64,000 nucleotides of DNA, taken from assembly GCA_964599565.1 (NCBI GenBank), contig CAZRFE010000004.1, positions 3,680 through 67,679 of the forward strand. The letters run 5' to 3'. The notes beneath the pieces were generated by a model. The model saw only the letters and a list, made by a program, of their open reading frames with translations, had not been told where the DNA came from and did not search any database. Shown here piece after piece: positions 54,983 through 64,000 of this stretch. Origin of the DNA: an uncultured Gammaproteobacteria bacterium (lineage in GTDB: Bacteria > Pseudomonadota > Gammaproteobacteria > Natronospirales > JAJUFS01). Both the position numbers and the translations under genes were made by a program. Numbering within the stretch: position 1 is the stretch's first letter; the number at the start of each line of letters is the position of its first letter.

Positions 54983-56668
54983 ATGAAGAAGACCACCACC
55001 CTGCTCGCCGGCACGGCGCTTTGCCTCGCGCTCGCGGCGTGCGGCCAGAACAATGACGGCCAGGAAGAAGCATCCGCGGCCGACGTGAACGAAACGGCAA
55101 CGGCGAGCGTGAACGAATACGTCGCAGCGCGCGGCGACATCTATGCAACCGTCGCACTCGATGCGGACATCTCCGCGCTTTCGGACAACCGGAAGCGGAT
55201 GATCGCGAAGCTCATCGATGCATCGGTGATCATGGATGATCTCTTCTGGATGCAGGCGTACGGCGATCGCTCGGCCCTGCTCGCCGGCATCGACGATCCG
55301 AAGGTACGCCGCTTCGTCGAAATCAACTACGGTCCCTGGGACCGCCTTGCGAACGAAGAACCGTTCATCGAAGGCGTGGGCGAGAAACCGCTCGGCGCGA
55401 ATTTCTATCCGCAGGACATGACGCGCGAGGAATTCGATGCCTGGGAGCAGCCCGGCAAGCAGAACCAGTATTCGGTCGTGCGTCGCGATGCCGAGGGCAA
55501 CCTCACGCTCGTTCCCTACCACGTCCTGCATGCGACGGAACTGGAGCGCGCGGCAGCGCTGCTGCGTGAAGCCGCCGACCTTGCCGAGACCGAATCGTTC
55601 GCGAACTACCTCAGGCTGCGCGCAACCGCGCTGCTCGCCGACGACTACCAGGCGAGCGATCTTGCATGGATGGACATGAAGGACAACGTCGTCGAACTCG
55701 TCTACGGACCGATCGAAACCTATGAAGACCGGCTGTTCGGTTATCGCGCGGCGTACGAATCCTACGTGCTGCTGAAGGACATGGAATGGAGCGAGCGTCT
55801 TGCACGCTTCGCGCAGTACCTGCCCGAGCTGCAGCGCGGCCTCCCCGTTCCCGATGCCTACAAGCAGGAAATGCCGGGCTCCGATGCCGACCTGAACGCC
55901 TACGACGTGCTCTATTACGCCGGGCACAGCAACGCCGGCTCGAAGACGATTGCCATCAACCTGCCGAACGACGAGGAAGTGCAGCTCGCCAAGGGCACAC
56001 GCCGCCTGCAGCTGAAGAATGCGATGCGCGCGAAGTTCGACCGCATCATGCTGCCGATCGCGGGAATGCTCATCGCCGAGGACCAGCGCAAGCACGTCAC
56101 GTTCGACGCGTTCTTCGCAAACACCATGTTCCATGAAGTCGCGCACGGGCTCGGCATCAAGAACACGCTCGACGGCGAACAGACCGTTCGCGAAGCCCTG
56201 CTCGAGCATGCAGGCAGCATGGAAGAAGGCAAGGCGGACATCCTCGGGCTTTACATGGTCGGCGAACTGCAGAAGAAGGGAGAACTCGACGGCGAGATGA
56301 TGGATTACTACACCACGTTCCTCGCCGGCATCTTCCGCTCGGTGCGCTTCGGCGCATCCAGCGCGCACGGCCAGGCGAACATGGTGCGCTTCAATTACTT
56401 CAAGGAAGCGGGCGCATTCACGCGCGACCCGGCGAGCGGCGCGTACCGCGTGAATTTCGAGAAGATGCAGCAGGCGATCGCGGACCTGTCACGCCTGATC
56501 CTCACGCTGCAGGGCGACGGCGATTACGCCGGTGTCGGGAAACTCCTGCAGGAGAAAGGCAGCATCGATGCCGAGCTGCAGGCGGATCTCGATCGCCTCG
56601 CCGATGCGGACATTCCTGTCGATGTCGTGTTCGAGCAGGGCAAGAAGGTTCTTGGACTGAGCGAATGA
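54983..56668 (+). CDS. zinc metallopeptidase lipoprotein, DPP III (M49)-like
   Basis: Lipobox LCLALAACG. FHEVAHGLG (HExxH-type) and EEGKADILG as the second zinc-ligand motif. Confidence 0.6.
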   Translation: MKKTTTLLAGTALCLALAACGQNNDGQEEASAADVNETATASVNEYVAARGDIYATVALDADISALSDNRKRMIAKLIDASVIMDDLFWMQAYGDRSALLAGIDDPKVRRFVEINYGPWDRLANEEPFIEGVGEKPLGANFYPQDMTREEFDAWEQPGKQNQYSVVRRDAEGNLTLVPYHVLHATELERAAALLREAADLAETESFANYLRLRATALLADDYQASDLAWMDMKDNVVELVYGPIETYEDRLFGYRAAYESYVLLKDMEWSERLARFAQYLPELQRGLPVPDAYKQEMPGSDADLNAYDVLYYAGHSNAGSKTIAINLPNDEEVQLAKGTRRLQLKNAMRAKFDRIMLPIAGMLIAEDQRKHVTFDAFFANTMFHEVAHGLGIKNTLDGEQTVREALLEHAGSMEEGKADILGLYMVGELQKKGELDGEMMDYYTTFLAGIFRSVRFGASSAHGQANMVRFNYFKEAGAFTRDPASGAYRVNFEKMQQAIADLSRLILTLQGDGDYAGVGKLLQEKGSIDAELQADLDRLADADIPVDVVFEQGKKVLGLSE

Positions 56669-56687
56669 CGCGACGGACGTGACGCGC

Positions 56688-56720
56688 AAAAAAAAGCCGG
56701 GCCCTGCCCGGCTTTTTTTT
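56688..56720. terminator. bidirectional rho-independent terminator
   Basis: AAAAAAAA-GCCGGGC-CCT-GCCCGGC-TTTTTTTT between convergent genes. Confidence 0.75.
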
Positions 56721-56727
56721 CGATTCG

Positions 56728-57624
56728 TCACTTCACCGCTTCCAGCCTTCCCTCCACCAGTATCCGTCCTTTGCGCGCATCCGTCAGCGCGAACACCTCG
56801 TCGGGACTGCGATCGGAGAGACAGAAGTTGCCGAACGCCGGCAGCAGTACCGGCGAGCGGAACTGCGCTTCAAGCCGCTTGCCGACAAGCTCGATGCCGC
56901 GCGTTTCAAGCACGGCGAGACAGCGCGCGAGCGAATACATGCCATGCGCGATGGGCAGCTTGAAGCCGAAACGCTTCGCGGTGAACGGCCACAGGTGAAT
57001 CGGATTCCAGTCGCCCGAGACGCGCGCGTAGCGCCGTCCCGTATCCTCGGGAAACTGCATGTGCAGCAGCGGTACGAAACGGTTCGCATCGCCCTCCCGT
57101 CCGCGCCGCGCGGGACGCACGCGACGCGAGGGATCCGGTTTCAGGAAGGAAATTTCCTCGCGCCAGACACATTCCCCATCGCGCAGCAGATCGGTATCAA
57201 GACGGAACAGCCAGCCGTGTTCCACATCCTCGGGCCCCGTCATGACGCATTCGATGTCGAGCCGATCGGCGGCGCGAAGCGGCGCACGCCATTCGACCGC
57301 CTGGCCGAGATGCACGAGTCCCGCGAGACGAAGCGGAAACGCATCCGAATCCAGCAGGTTGAGTTGCAGCGGCGTTGCCATGACGTGGGGGTAAAGCGGC
57401 GGCATGCGGTCCGGCGGACCTTCGCCGCAGACATGACGATAGCCGGCGATATCCTCCGCCCTGGCGCGAACGCCGCGTTGCCGGTAGATGATCCGTGGAA
57501 CGGCCTCGCCCGGACTCCAGTCCGCACCGCGCTGGAACAGCATGCCTGCATAGATGCGCCACAGCGGCTTCGGCCGATCAAGCTCGACCACGGGCGCACG
57601 CAGCGCGAGCGGATGACCGTTCAT
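56728..57624 (-). CDS. MaoC-like (double hot-dog) dehydratase
   Basis: 298 aa. YARVSGDWNPIHLWPFTAKRFGFKLPIAHGM hydratase motif. ATGA overlap with the upstream gene. Confidence 0.8.
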   Translation of the reverse strand: MNGHPLALRAPVVELDRPKPLWRIYAGMLFQRGADWSPGEAVPRIIYRQRGVRARAEDIAGYRHVCGEGPPDRMPPLYPHVMATPLQLNLLDSDAFPLRLAGLVHLGQAVEWRAPLRAADRLDIECVMTGPEDVEHGWLFRLDTDLLRDGECVWREEISFLKPDPSRRVRPARRGREGDANRFVPLLHMQFPEDTGRRYARVSGDWNPIHLWPFTAKRFGFKLPIAHGMYSLARCLAVLETRGIELVGKRLEAQFRSPVLLPAFGNFCLSDRSPDEVFALTDARKGRILVEGRLEAVK

Positions 57625-58487
57625 TGCCGCGTTCCCGCATCCGCAAGCGTGGCGACGCGAATCTCGTCGGGCATCATGTCGACGACGGCTTCGATGTATT
57701 CCGCAAGTCTTTCATCGACATGGCGGCGCTGTTCGGCATTCAGCGACGCATGCAGGGAAACGATCATCGCGCGGTAGCGCGCGCGATTTTCAGCGGTGCC
57801 CGCCTGCAGCGCATCGGGAAGCGCGTCGCGGCGCAGCCAGTAACCGGCGAGAAAATCCTCGATCTCGCCTTCACCCGGCGATGTGCGCAACAGCGCAACA
57901 AGGCGTTCGTTTCGCTCGATGCGCCATTCCAGCCACATCGGTGCGGTCTCCGTCATCGCACGCAGTTCGTGCGTCAGCATCCGGCGCTGGTCTTCCTCGA
58001 TCGAACCCGTCCATTCCTCGACGTCCTTGAGCGTTTCACCGAGACGGCGTCCCTTGTGATCGTCATCGAGCTCGTCGCGATACTCGTCGGCGTTGTCTGC
58101 AAGACGTTCTTCAAGAATGTCGAGCTGATCGTCATCCAGGCGCGCAAGAATGGCGGCCGCAGCGGGAATGGTTCTCTCGATGCCGAGCGTCGCCAGCGAC
58201 TCCACGCCATCGAACAGCGCATCGATCTCCCCGGCACTGACGCCATCATCGACGGCGGCGCGGGTTTCGACGAGGAAACGGTAGTAGCGCGGCAGTTCAT
58301 CGCGCGCGTGCAGTGCATGACGCGCGCGGAACAGTTCGAGCGCGTGATCTTCCTGGTCGCCCGAGAGGTGGAGATAGTCGTCCACGTAATGGAGCGCGAT
58401 GCGCGGCGCGAGTTCATAGGTGAAGGTCGCGACACTGCAACCGGCCATGACGGTCACTGCCGCAACGGCAAGCGTGCGCTGCATCAT
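57621..58487 (-). CDS. hypothetical lipoprotein
   Basis: MMQRTLAVAAVTVMAGCS lipobox, then an acidic helical protein. The start could also be ATG 58538. Confidence 0.6.
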   Translation of the reverse strand: MMQRTLAVAAVTVMAGCSVATFTYELAPRIALHYVDDYLHLSGDQEDHALELFRARHALHARDELPRYYRFLVETRAAVDDGVSAGEIDALFDGVESLATLGIERTIPAAAAILARLDDDQLDILEERLADNADEYRDELDDDHKGRRLGETLKDVEEWTGSIEEDQRRMLTHELRAMTETAPMWLEWRIERNERLVALLRTSPGEGEIEDFLAGYWLRRDALPDALQAGTAENRARYRAMIVSLHASLNAEQRRHVDERLAEYIEAVVDMMPDEIRVATLADAGTRQ

Positions 58488-58581
58488 GCGGCGCACGCGT
58501 ACCGTGAAGACCGGTGCTGTGCTGTTCGTGATCGACATGGCTGACGCGAAATCCCCGACGAAAACCTGCGCGCTCAGCCTT

Positions 58582-59559
58582 TCATTGTGCGCGCCGGCTG
58601 TCCAGTGTGAGTTCAACGGAACGCGACGCCGCGGAATTCCATTGCACGGTTCCTTCCACATCGCCGGCGCCGGGTGCGGGATCGCCATCCGCGCTCACGC
58701 GCGCCGTCACCATGTACTCGCCGGCCGGCAATCCGGCGCTGCGCAGCAGATCGTTCGCGGTCAGCGGCAGCGTTTCGGGAAAGTCATAGAACTCCACGCG
58801 GCGGGCCGCAAGCGGCAGTCCGCCCTCGCCTTCGCCGTACGGACGCAGGAAGACGAACAGTATGCCGCCGGCTGGCAGCACGTCACGCATGCCGGGCGTG
58901 ATGTCGATCTTCACCGTGAGCAGCGCATCGACAAGCGCGGGATCGATGGATGCAACGCGTCCTTCGACGACCTGGCGGAATTCCGGCGGCAGGTCGCGCG
59001 CCAGCAGTTTCTGCCAGCGCTCGAGCGCTGTGCTGTCGTCGCCGCGCGCCTGTGCGGCAAGTCCGCCGTACCACAGTCCGCGCGGATTCTCCGGATCAAG
59101 CGCCAGCGCGCGATCAAACAATGCGCCCGCCTCGCCTTCCAGCGTCGAAGGGTCCGCGAGCGCGCGCGCTTCCGCGAAACTCGCGATCAGGTCCGCATCC
59201 TCGCCGGGCGTGCGCGTCATGGCTTCATGGAATGCGTTCGCCGCTTCCTGATAGCGGCCCATCAGCACGTACGCGCGGCCAAGCATCGTCCAGCCTTGCG
59301 GATCGTCGGGCGCGCGTTCGAGCCGCTCGGCAAGCTGCTCGATCATCTGCAGGACATCGCCCGGCTGCTCCGCGACAGTCCCTGGCGGTTCCATGCCGAG
59401 ATCGGGCCGCCCGATAAGCAGATACACCGCGCACGCAACGCCGGCGACGAATACCGCCGACAGCGCCGCTTCGGTTCGGCGCGCGCGCCGCCACAGCGGC
59501 ACAGCGGCGACCAGCGCTGCCAGGATCGCCAGCAGCGCAACTCCCAGGAAAAAACTCAA
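58582..59559 (-). CDS. ccmI: cytochrome c-type biogenesis protein CcmI (TPR)
   Basis: TTG 59559 overlaps the ccmH stop (CTTGA), with GAGGAG upstream. Two N-terminal TMs then TPR-like repeats (GWTMLGRAYVLMGRYQEAANAFHEA). Confidence 0.75.
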   Translation of the reverse strand: MSFFLGVALLAILAALVAAVPLWRRARRTEAALSAVFVAGVACAVYLLIGRPDLGMEPPGTVAEQPGDVLQMIEQLAERLERAPDDPQGWTMLGRAYVLMGRYQEAANAFHEAMTRTPGEDADLIASFAEARALADPSTLEGEAGALFDRALALDPENPRGLWYGGLAAQARGDDSTALERWQKLLARDLPPEFRQVVEGRVASIDPALVDALLTVKIDITPGMRDVLPAGGILFVFLRPYGEGEGGLPLAARRVEFYDFPETLPLTANDLLRSAGLPAGEYMVTARVSADGDPAPGAGDVEGTVQWNSAASRSVELTLDSRRAQ

Positions 59560-59969
59560 GGCGTGGTCTCCTCGTCGATATCGGCGAATCGCATGTGGCG
59601 GCGCAAGGTCACGAACAGGACAACGGCGCCGATGCCGAGCAGCAGGAACGGACCCGCCCACAAAAGCACGGTGTTCGCCTGGACCGGCGGACGGTAAAGG
59701 ACAAAATCGCCGTAGCGCGCCGTGAGATAGGCAATGACTTCGTCATCGCTCTTTCCCGCCGCGATCTGTTCTGCGACCTTGCTGCGCAGATCCAGCGCGA
59801 GGTCCGCGTTCGAATCCGCGATGGTCTGGTTCTGGCAGACAAGACAGCGCAGTTCGTTGATCAGGTGCTCGTAGCGCGCCTGCTGTTCGGGATTCTCGAA
59901 ACGAATGTCCGCGCCTTGCGCCGCGGGAACAAGGACAAGCAACGCAACCAGCATCAATGTGCGCATCAT
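59556..59969 (-). CDS. ccmH: cytochrome c-type biogenesis protein CcmH
   Basis: Signal peptide and LRCLVCQNQTIADSNA motif. ATGA overlap with the ccmG stop. Confidence 0.85.
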   Translation of the reverse strand: MMRTLMLVALLVLVPAAQGADIRFENPEQQARYEHLINELRCLVCQNQTIADSNADLALDLRSKVAEQIAAGKSDDEVIAYLTARYGDFVLYRPPVQANTVLLWAGPFLLLGIGAVVLFVTLRRHMRFADIDEETTP

Positions 59970-60514
59970 TCGCCGTTCTCCGTCTGTTCCGCACGCAGCT
60001 GTTCGATCATCGGCAATATCTTCTCGCGCAACACCGCGTCGGTAAGAATGCCGACATGCTTGAGCCTGATGATGCCCGCCGCGTCGATCACGAATGTTTC
60101 CGGCGCCCCGTACACGCCCCAGTCGATGCCGACTTCGCCACCGGCATCGAAACCGATCCTTGCGTAGGGATTGCCGTCGCGTTCCAGCCAGCCGATCGCC
60201 GCAGCACGTTCGTCCTTCCAGTTGAGCCCGTAGACGGGCACGCCGTGCGGCGGCGACTGCGACCATTCGACGAGCAGCGCGTGTTCCTCGTGGCATCCCG
60301 GGCACCAGGTACCGAACACGTTGAGCAGGCTGATCTCACCCGCAAGATCGTCGCTGCTGAAACGCTGATCTGGATCATGCAGCGTCGGCAGCGAGAACTC
60401 GGGCACGGGCTTGCCGATCAGCGGTGACGGCACTTCGCCGGGATTGAGGAACAGGCCGCGCCAGAACACGGCGACGAGTGCGGCGACAATGATGAACGGA
60501 ATGGCAAAACGCAT
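59966..60514 (-). CDS. ccmG: thiol:disulfide interchange protein DsbE/CcmG
   Basis: NVFGTWCPGCHEEH thioredoxin motif and GVYGAPETFVID. Confidence 0.9.
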   Translation of the reverse strand: MRFAIPFIIVAALVAVFWRGLFLNPGEVPSPLIGKPVPEFSLPTLHDPDQRFSSDDLAGEISLLNVFGTWCPGCHEEHALLVEWSQSPPHGVPVYGLNWKDERAAAIGWLERDGNPYARIGFDAGGEVGIDWGVYGAPETFVIDAAGIIRLKHVGILTDAVLREKILPMIEQLRAEQTENGE

Positions 60515-62496
60515 CAGGCACGATCTCCTGCCACCGCCGCGCGCGACGCACGGTGCTTGACGGAATCCTTCAACGGCTTTCGATAGCGGCGATCGAACGC
60601 CGCGATGCCGCCGCCCAGCGCCATCAGCAATCCGCCGAGCCAGATGAAGCGCACGAACGGTTTCACCTGCAGCCGCACGCTCCACGCATCCTCGCCCAGC
60701 GGTTCACCCAGCGATGCATAAAGATCGCGGTCAAGCCGCGCATCGATGCCCGCTTCCGTCATCGCGGATCGCTGCGTCGTGTACATCCGCTTCTGCGGCG
60801 CAAGTACTGCAACGGTTTCGCCGTCGCGACCGACGACGACGCGCGCTTCCTCGCCGTTGTAATTGGAACCGCTGATTTCCCGAAGGCCTTCGAGCGTCCA
60901 CGTATAGCCGCCGTAATCAACCGGCTCGCCCGGCGTCATCGCGGTATCGCGCTCGAAGCCGAACGATGTCACCGCGACAATGCCAAGCGCGGTGATGCCG
61001 ATGCCGAAATGCGCGAGCGCCATGCCTAAGCTCGACAGCGGAATGCGTTTCATGCCGCTGCCGTCGCGCGCATGCCTCATGCGCAACACCGGCTCGGCGA
61101 ACGCCGCGAACAATGTCCACAGTGCAAGCCACAGGCCGACGGCAACCAGCACGCCCGCGCGTCCCCACACGAACGCAATCGCGATCACGGCAACGACAAC
61201 GCTTGCGATCAGCGGAATGCGCAGATCGCGGAATCCGTTGCGCCAGTCATCACGCTTCCAGTTGACGATGGGGCCGAACGCAATCGCGGCAAGCAGCGGC
61301 AGCATCAACGGCACGAATACGGCGTTGAAGTACGGCGGACCGACGGAAATCTTGCCGAGCCCGAGCGTATCGAGAAACAGCGGATACAGCGTGCCGAGCA
61401 GCACGGCGCCCGCCGCCACCGCCAGCAGCACATTGTTTATGAGAAGAAAGGTTTCACGCGACCATGGCCTGAAACCGCCACCGGCGGGAAGCTGCGGCGC
61501 GCGGATCGCATACACCGCGAGCGCGCCACCGACGACAATCGCAAGGAACGCGAGGATGAACACGCCGCGCGTCGGATCCGATGCAAACGCATGCACGGAA
61601 ACCAGCACGCCGGAACGCACCAGGAACGTACCGAGCAGCGACAGCGAAAATGCAGCGATCGCGAGCAGCACCGTCCAGCTGATGAACGCGCCGCGCTTTT
61701 CCGTGACAGCCAGCGAATGAATCAGCGCGGTGCCGACGAGCCATGGCATGAACGATGCGTTCTCGACAGGATCCCAGAACCACCAGCCGCCCCAGCCGAG
61801 CTCGTAGTACGCCCACCAGCTCCCAAGCGTGATGCCGCAGGTAAGGCAGAGCCATGCGGCAGCGGTCCATGGCCGCACGGCGCGCGCCCACGCGACGTCC
61901 TTCTCGCCGCCAAGCAGCGCTGCGAGCGCGAACGCGAACGGCACCGAGAAACCGACGTAACCGAAGTACAGCATCGGCGGATGAATCGCGAGCGCGGGAT
62001 CCTGCAGGATGGGATTGAGATCGCGGCCATTCATCGGCGGCGACGCCAGGCGCTCGAACGGGTTCGACGTGAACAGCGTGAACAGCAGGAACCCGACGCT
62101 CACGAGTCCGAGCACACCGATGACGCGCGCCGCGAAATGTTCCGGCAGGCGGTCCGCGCGAACGGCGACCGCCAGTGTCCAGCCCGCGAGCACGAGTATC
62201 CACAGCAGCAGGGAACCTTCATGCGCGCCCCAGACGGCCGCAATGCGATACGGCCAGGGCAGCGCGGTGTTGGAGTTCTGCGCGACGTACAGCAGCGAGA
62301 AGTCGTTGCCCAGGAACGCCACCGCAAGAATCGCGAACGCCACCAGCACGAACGCGAACTGCCCCGCACCCAGCGTGCGCGCCGTCTGCATCCAGGCGGC
62401 GTCGTTGCGCTGCGCACCCGCAAGGCCGAACAGCGCCTGCAGCGCTGCAACGGCAAGTGCGACGATCAGCGCGAAATGCCCGAGTTCCGGCGTCAT
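60514..62496 (-). CDS. ccmF: heme lyase CcmF
   Basis: 660 aa polytopic protein. WGGWWFWDPVEN tryptophan-rich motif. Confidence 0.95.
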   Translation of the reverse strand: MTPELGHFALIVALAVAALQALFGLAGAQRNDAAWMQTARTLGAGQFAFVLVAFAILAVAFLGNDFSLLYVAQNSNTALPWPYRIAAVWGAHEGSLLLWILVLAGWTLAVAVRADRLPEHFAARVIGVLGLVSVGFLLFTLFTSNPFERLASPPMNGRDLNPILQDPALAIHPPMLYFGYVGFSVPFAFALAALLGGEKDVAWARAVRPWTAAAWLCLTCGITLGSWWAYYELGWGGWWFWDPVENASFMPWLVGTALIHSLAVTEKRGAFISWTVLLAIAAFSLSLLGTFLVRSGVLVSVHAFASDPTRGVFILAFLAIVVGGALAVYAIRAPQLPAGGGFRPWSRETFLLINNVLLAVAAGAVLLGTLYPLFLDTLGLGKISVGPPYFNAVFVPLMLPLLAAIAFGPIVNWKRDDWRNGFRDLRIPLIASVVVAVIAIAFVWGRAGVLVAVGLWLALWTLFAAFAEPVLRMRHARDGSGMKRIPLSSLGMALAHFGIGITALGIVAVTSFGFERDTAMTPGEPVDYGGYTWTLEGLREISGSNYNGEEARVVVGRDGETVAVLAPQKRMYTTQRSAMTEAGIDARLDRDLYASLGEPLGEDAWSVRLQVKPFVRFIWLGGLLMALGGGIAAFDRRYRKPLKDSVKHRASRAAVAGDRA

Positions 62497-62969
62497 TGCG
62501 CACCGCCTTCCGCCGCTTCCTGCTCGCGCTTGCGCTTCACGCCTTCGTAATGCGCGTTCTTGATGGAATCGGCGACTTCCGGCGGCATGTAGTTCTCGTC
62601 GTGCTTGGCAAGCACTTCGTCGGCAACGAACACGCCGGCGTCGTTCAACCTGCCGTGCGCGACGATGCCCTGCCCTTCGCGGAACAGGTCCGGCAGTATC
62701 CCGGTGTATTCGACCGGTATCGGCGTGAGCGTATCGGTCAGCACGAAGCGCACCGTGAGCGAACCGGATTCACGTTCGACGCTGCCATCCACGACGATGC
62801 CGCCGAGGCGAAACTTTGCATCGCTCGGCACTTCACCCTTCACCACCTGGCTCGTGCTGTAGAAATACAGCAGGTTTTCCTGAAATGCGCGCAAGCCGAG
62901 GCCGGCCGCGCCGGCAACACCGATCAGCACGGCGATGACAAGCAGCATGCGTTGCTGTCGTGCAGTCAT
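62493..62969 (-). CDS. ccmE: heme chaperone CcmE
   Basis: N-terminal anchor, RLGGIVVDGSV, LAKHDENYMPPE (heme-binding His). Confidence 0.9.
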   Translation of the reverse strand: MTARQQRMLLVIAVLIGVAGAAGLGLRAFQENLLYFYSTSQVVKGEVPSDAKFRLGGIVVDGSVERESGSLTVRFVLTDTLTPIPVEYTGILPDLFREGQGIVAHGRLNDAGVFVADEVLAKHDENYMPPEVADSIKNAHYEGVKRKREQEAAEGGAQ

Positions 62970-63115
62970 TGGCGATCTCCCCCGCGAAGCGTGCGCAAGA
63001 TCTTTCGATGGGAACGGAACGCGATTATCGCATTCGCGAGCAGCACCGCGAAGGTCAGCCCGAACGACGACCACACGTAGGCGGCGTATCCGTCCATTGC
63101 AAGAAATTCGCTCAT
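62966..63115 (-). CDS. ccmD: heme exporter protein CcmD
   Basis: 49 aa, GYAAYVWSSFGLTFAVLL. ATGA overlaps on both sides. Confidence 0.75.
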   Translation of the reverse strand: MSEFLAMDGYAAYVWSSFGLTFAVLLANAIIAFRSHRKILRTLRGGDRQ

Positions 63116-63840
63116 GGCAGCTCCTTGATCCATGCGCTGCGGCGTTCGCGTTCGAGCGTTTCCGTGCGCGCGCGCTGCAACGCAACCGCGATGAAGAACA
63201 GCGTGAAACCAAGCCACATCACCAGCAGCGGCCAGAGCATGTCGCCGGTGATGGATGGCGAATCGAACTTCGTGATGGTCGCCGGCTGGTGCAGCGTGTT
63301 CCACCACTCCACGGAGTAATGAATGATCGGTACGTTCACCACGCCCACGAGCGCAAGTACGGCGCTTGCACGGTCGCCCTGCTTGCGATCATCGAACGCG
63401 CGATTCAATGCGATGTAGCCGAGATACAGGAACAGCAGGATCAGTTCCGACGTCAGCCGCGCATCCCACACCCACCACGTGCCCCACATCGGCTTGCCCC
63501 AGATGGAACCGGTGGCAAGTGCAAGCGCGGTGAACGACGCACCAAGCGGCGCGATCGCATTCGCGGCGACGTGCGCGAGCTTCATCCGCCAGATCAGACC
63601 GATGCCCGCTGCGATGGCGAGACTCACGTATCCGAACATGGACAGCCACGCACTCGGCACGTGCACGTAGATGATGCGAAAGCCGTCACCCTGCTGGTAG
63701 TCGGCGGGCGCGGCGACAAGCCCGCCCCAGGTGCCGACCACGATCAGCACGAGCGCAGGCCATGCAAACCACGGCAGCAGGCGTCCGGCCATGCGATAGA
63801 AGTGCGGCGGCGAGGAAAGTTGATGAAACCAGGTCCACAT
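63112..63840 (-). CDS. ccmC: heme exporter protein CcmC
   Basis: 242 aa, WGKPMWGTWWVWDARLTSE motif. Confidence 0.9.
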   Translation of the reverse strand: MWTWFHQLSSPPHFYRMAGRLLPWFAWPALVLIVVGTWGGLVAAPADYQQGDGFRIIYVHVPSAWLSMFGYVSLAIAAGIGLIWRMKLAHVAANAIAPLGASFTALALATGSIWGKPMWGTWWVWDARLTSELILLFLYLGYIALNRAFDDRKQGDRASAVLALVGVVNVPIIHYSVEWWNTLHQPATITKFDSPSITGDMLWPLLVMWLGFTLFFIAVALQRARTETLERERRSAWIKELP

Positions 63841-63866
63841 GTTCAGACACCACCTTTCGGTTGAAC

Positions 63867-64000
63867 TCAATCCAGGCTGATGCGCAGCGCGCCGGCCATG
63901 GCGAGCGGCCCGAGGCTCGCCGCCAGCAGCAACAGGAAGCCGAGCATGTACAACGGTCCGGACGGCCATTCTCCGCCCATCGCAAGCTGCGCGCCGCGCG
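63867..64000 (-). CDS. ccmB: heme exporter protein CcmB, C-terminal fragment (N-terminus beyond the window)
   Basis: Manual translation ...GPLYMLGFLLLLAASLGPLAMAGALRISLD*. Position directly upstream of ccmC. Confidence 0.65.
   Translation of the reverse strand, partial: RGAQLAMGGEWPSGPLYMLGFLLLLAASLGPLAMAGALRISLD

Noticed and set aside
58582-64000. The ccm operon, examined for anything unusual (many ATGA/TGATG overlaps, a TTG start for ccmI, and an appended lipoprotein and MaoC gene).
   Set aside because: Overlapping stop/start codons and this gene order are normal for System I cytochrome c maturation operons, so nothing here needs special explanation.

Overview
This is a high-GC (roughly two-thirds G+C by eye) proteobacterial chromosomal window. 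A System I ccm operon and the overall gene content suggest a Gammaproteobacterium, but the taxon is inference only. All calls come from reading the ORF translations and the DNA by eye; no database search was run. Layout: (1) 1-15.7 kb, minus strand: an exopolysaccharide (EPS) locus with the gene order typical of exosortase/PEP-CTERM-associated EPS clusters. It holds two AsnB-type amidotransferases, three GT4 and one GT2 glycosyltransferases, a deacetylase, an outer-membrane beta-barrel, a BY-kinase-like ATPase, a chain-length determinant, a Wza-like export lipoprotein and a priming sugar transferase. An oppositely oriented J-domain membrane protein interrupts it. (2) 15.9-19.2 kb, plus strand: a nucleotide-sugar dehydrogenase, a UDP-glucuronate 4-epimerase-like gene and an EntD/Sfp-type phosphopantetheinyl transferase. 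(3) 19.8-37.4 kb, minus strand: a four-gene, translationally coupled hybrid NRPS-PKS assembly line, and the most unusual part of the window. It has several degenerate catalytic motifs, an adenylation-less C-T module, no release domain, and a 1784-bp apparently perfect direct repeat that gives two adjacent modules identical A-T units. (4) 37.8-44.1 kb, minus strand, directly upstream and co-directional: a stressosome module (RsbR/S/T/X-like) followed by an RsbU_N-HisKA_3 histidine kinase, a PAS-GGDEF-EAL protein and a NarL/LuxR response regulator. (5) 44.7-58.5 kb: mixed genes, namely an FMN reductase, a DUF218/YdcF protein, a small island (secreted S8 protease, tri-repeat secreted peptide, hypothetical protein), an OmpA lipoprotein, malic enzyme, two PilZ genes each preceding an exported hydrolase, a MaoC dehydratase and a lipoprotein. 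(6) 58.6-64.0 kb, minus strand: ccmB(partial)CDEFGHI. I recognised no rRNA, tRNA, CRISPR array or IS/transposase. Many long ORFs in the track are antisense or off-frame artefacts of the high GC content.
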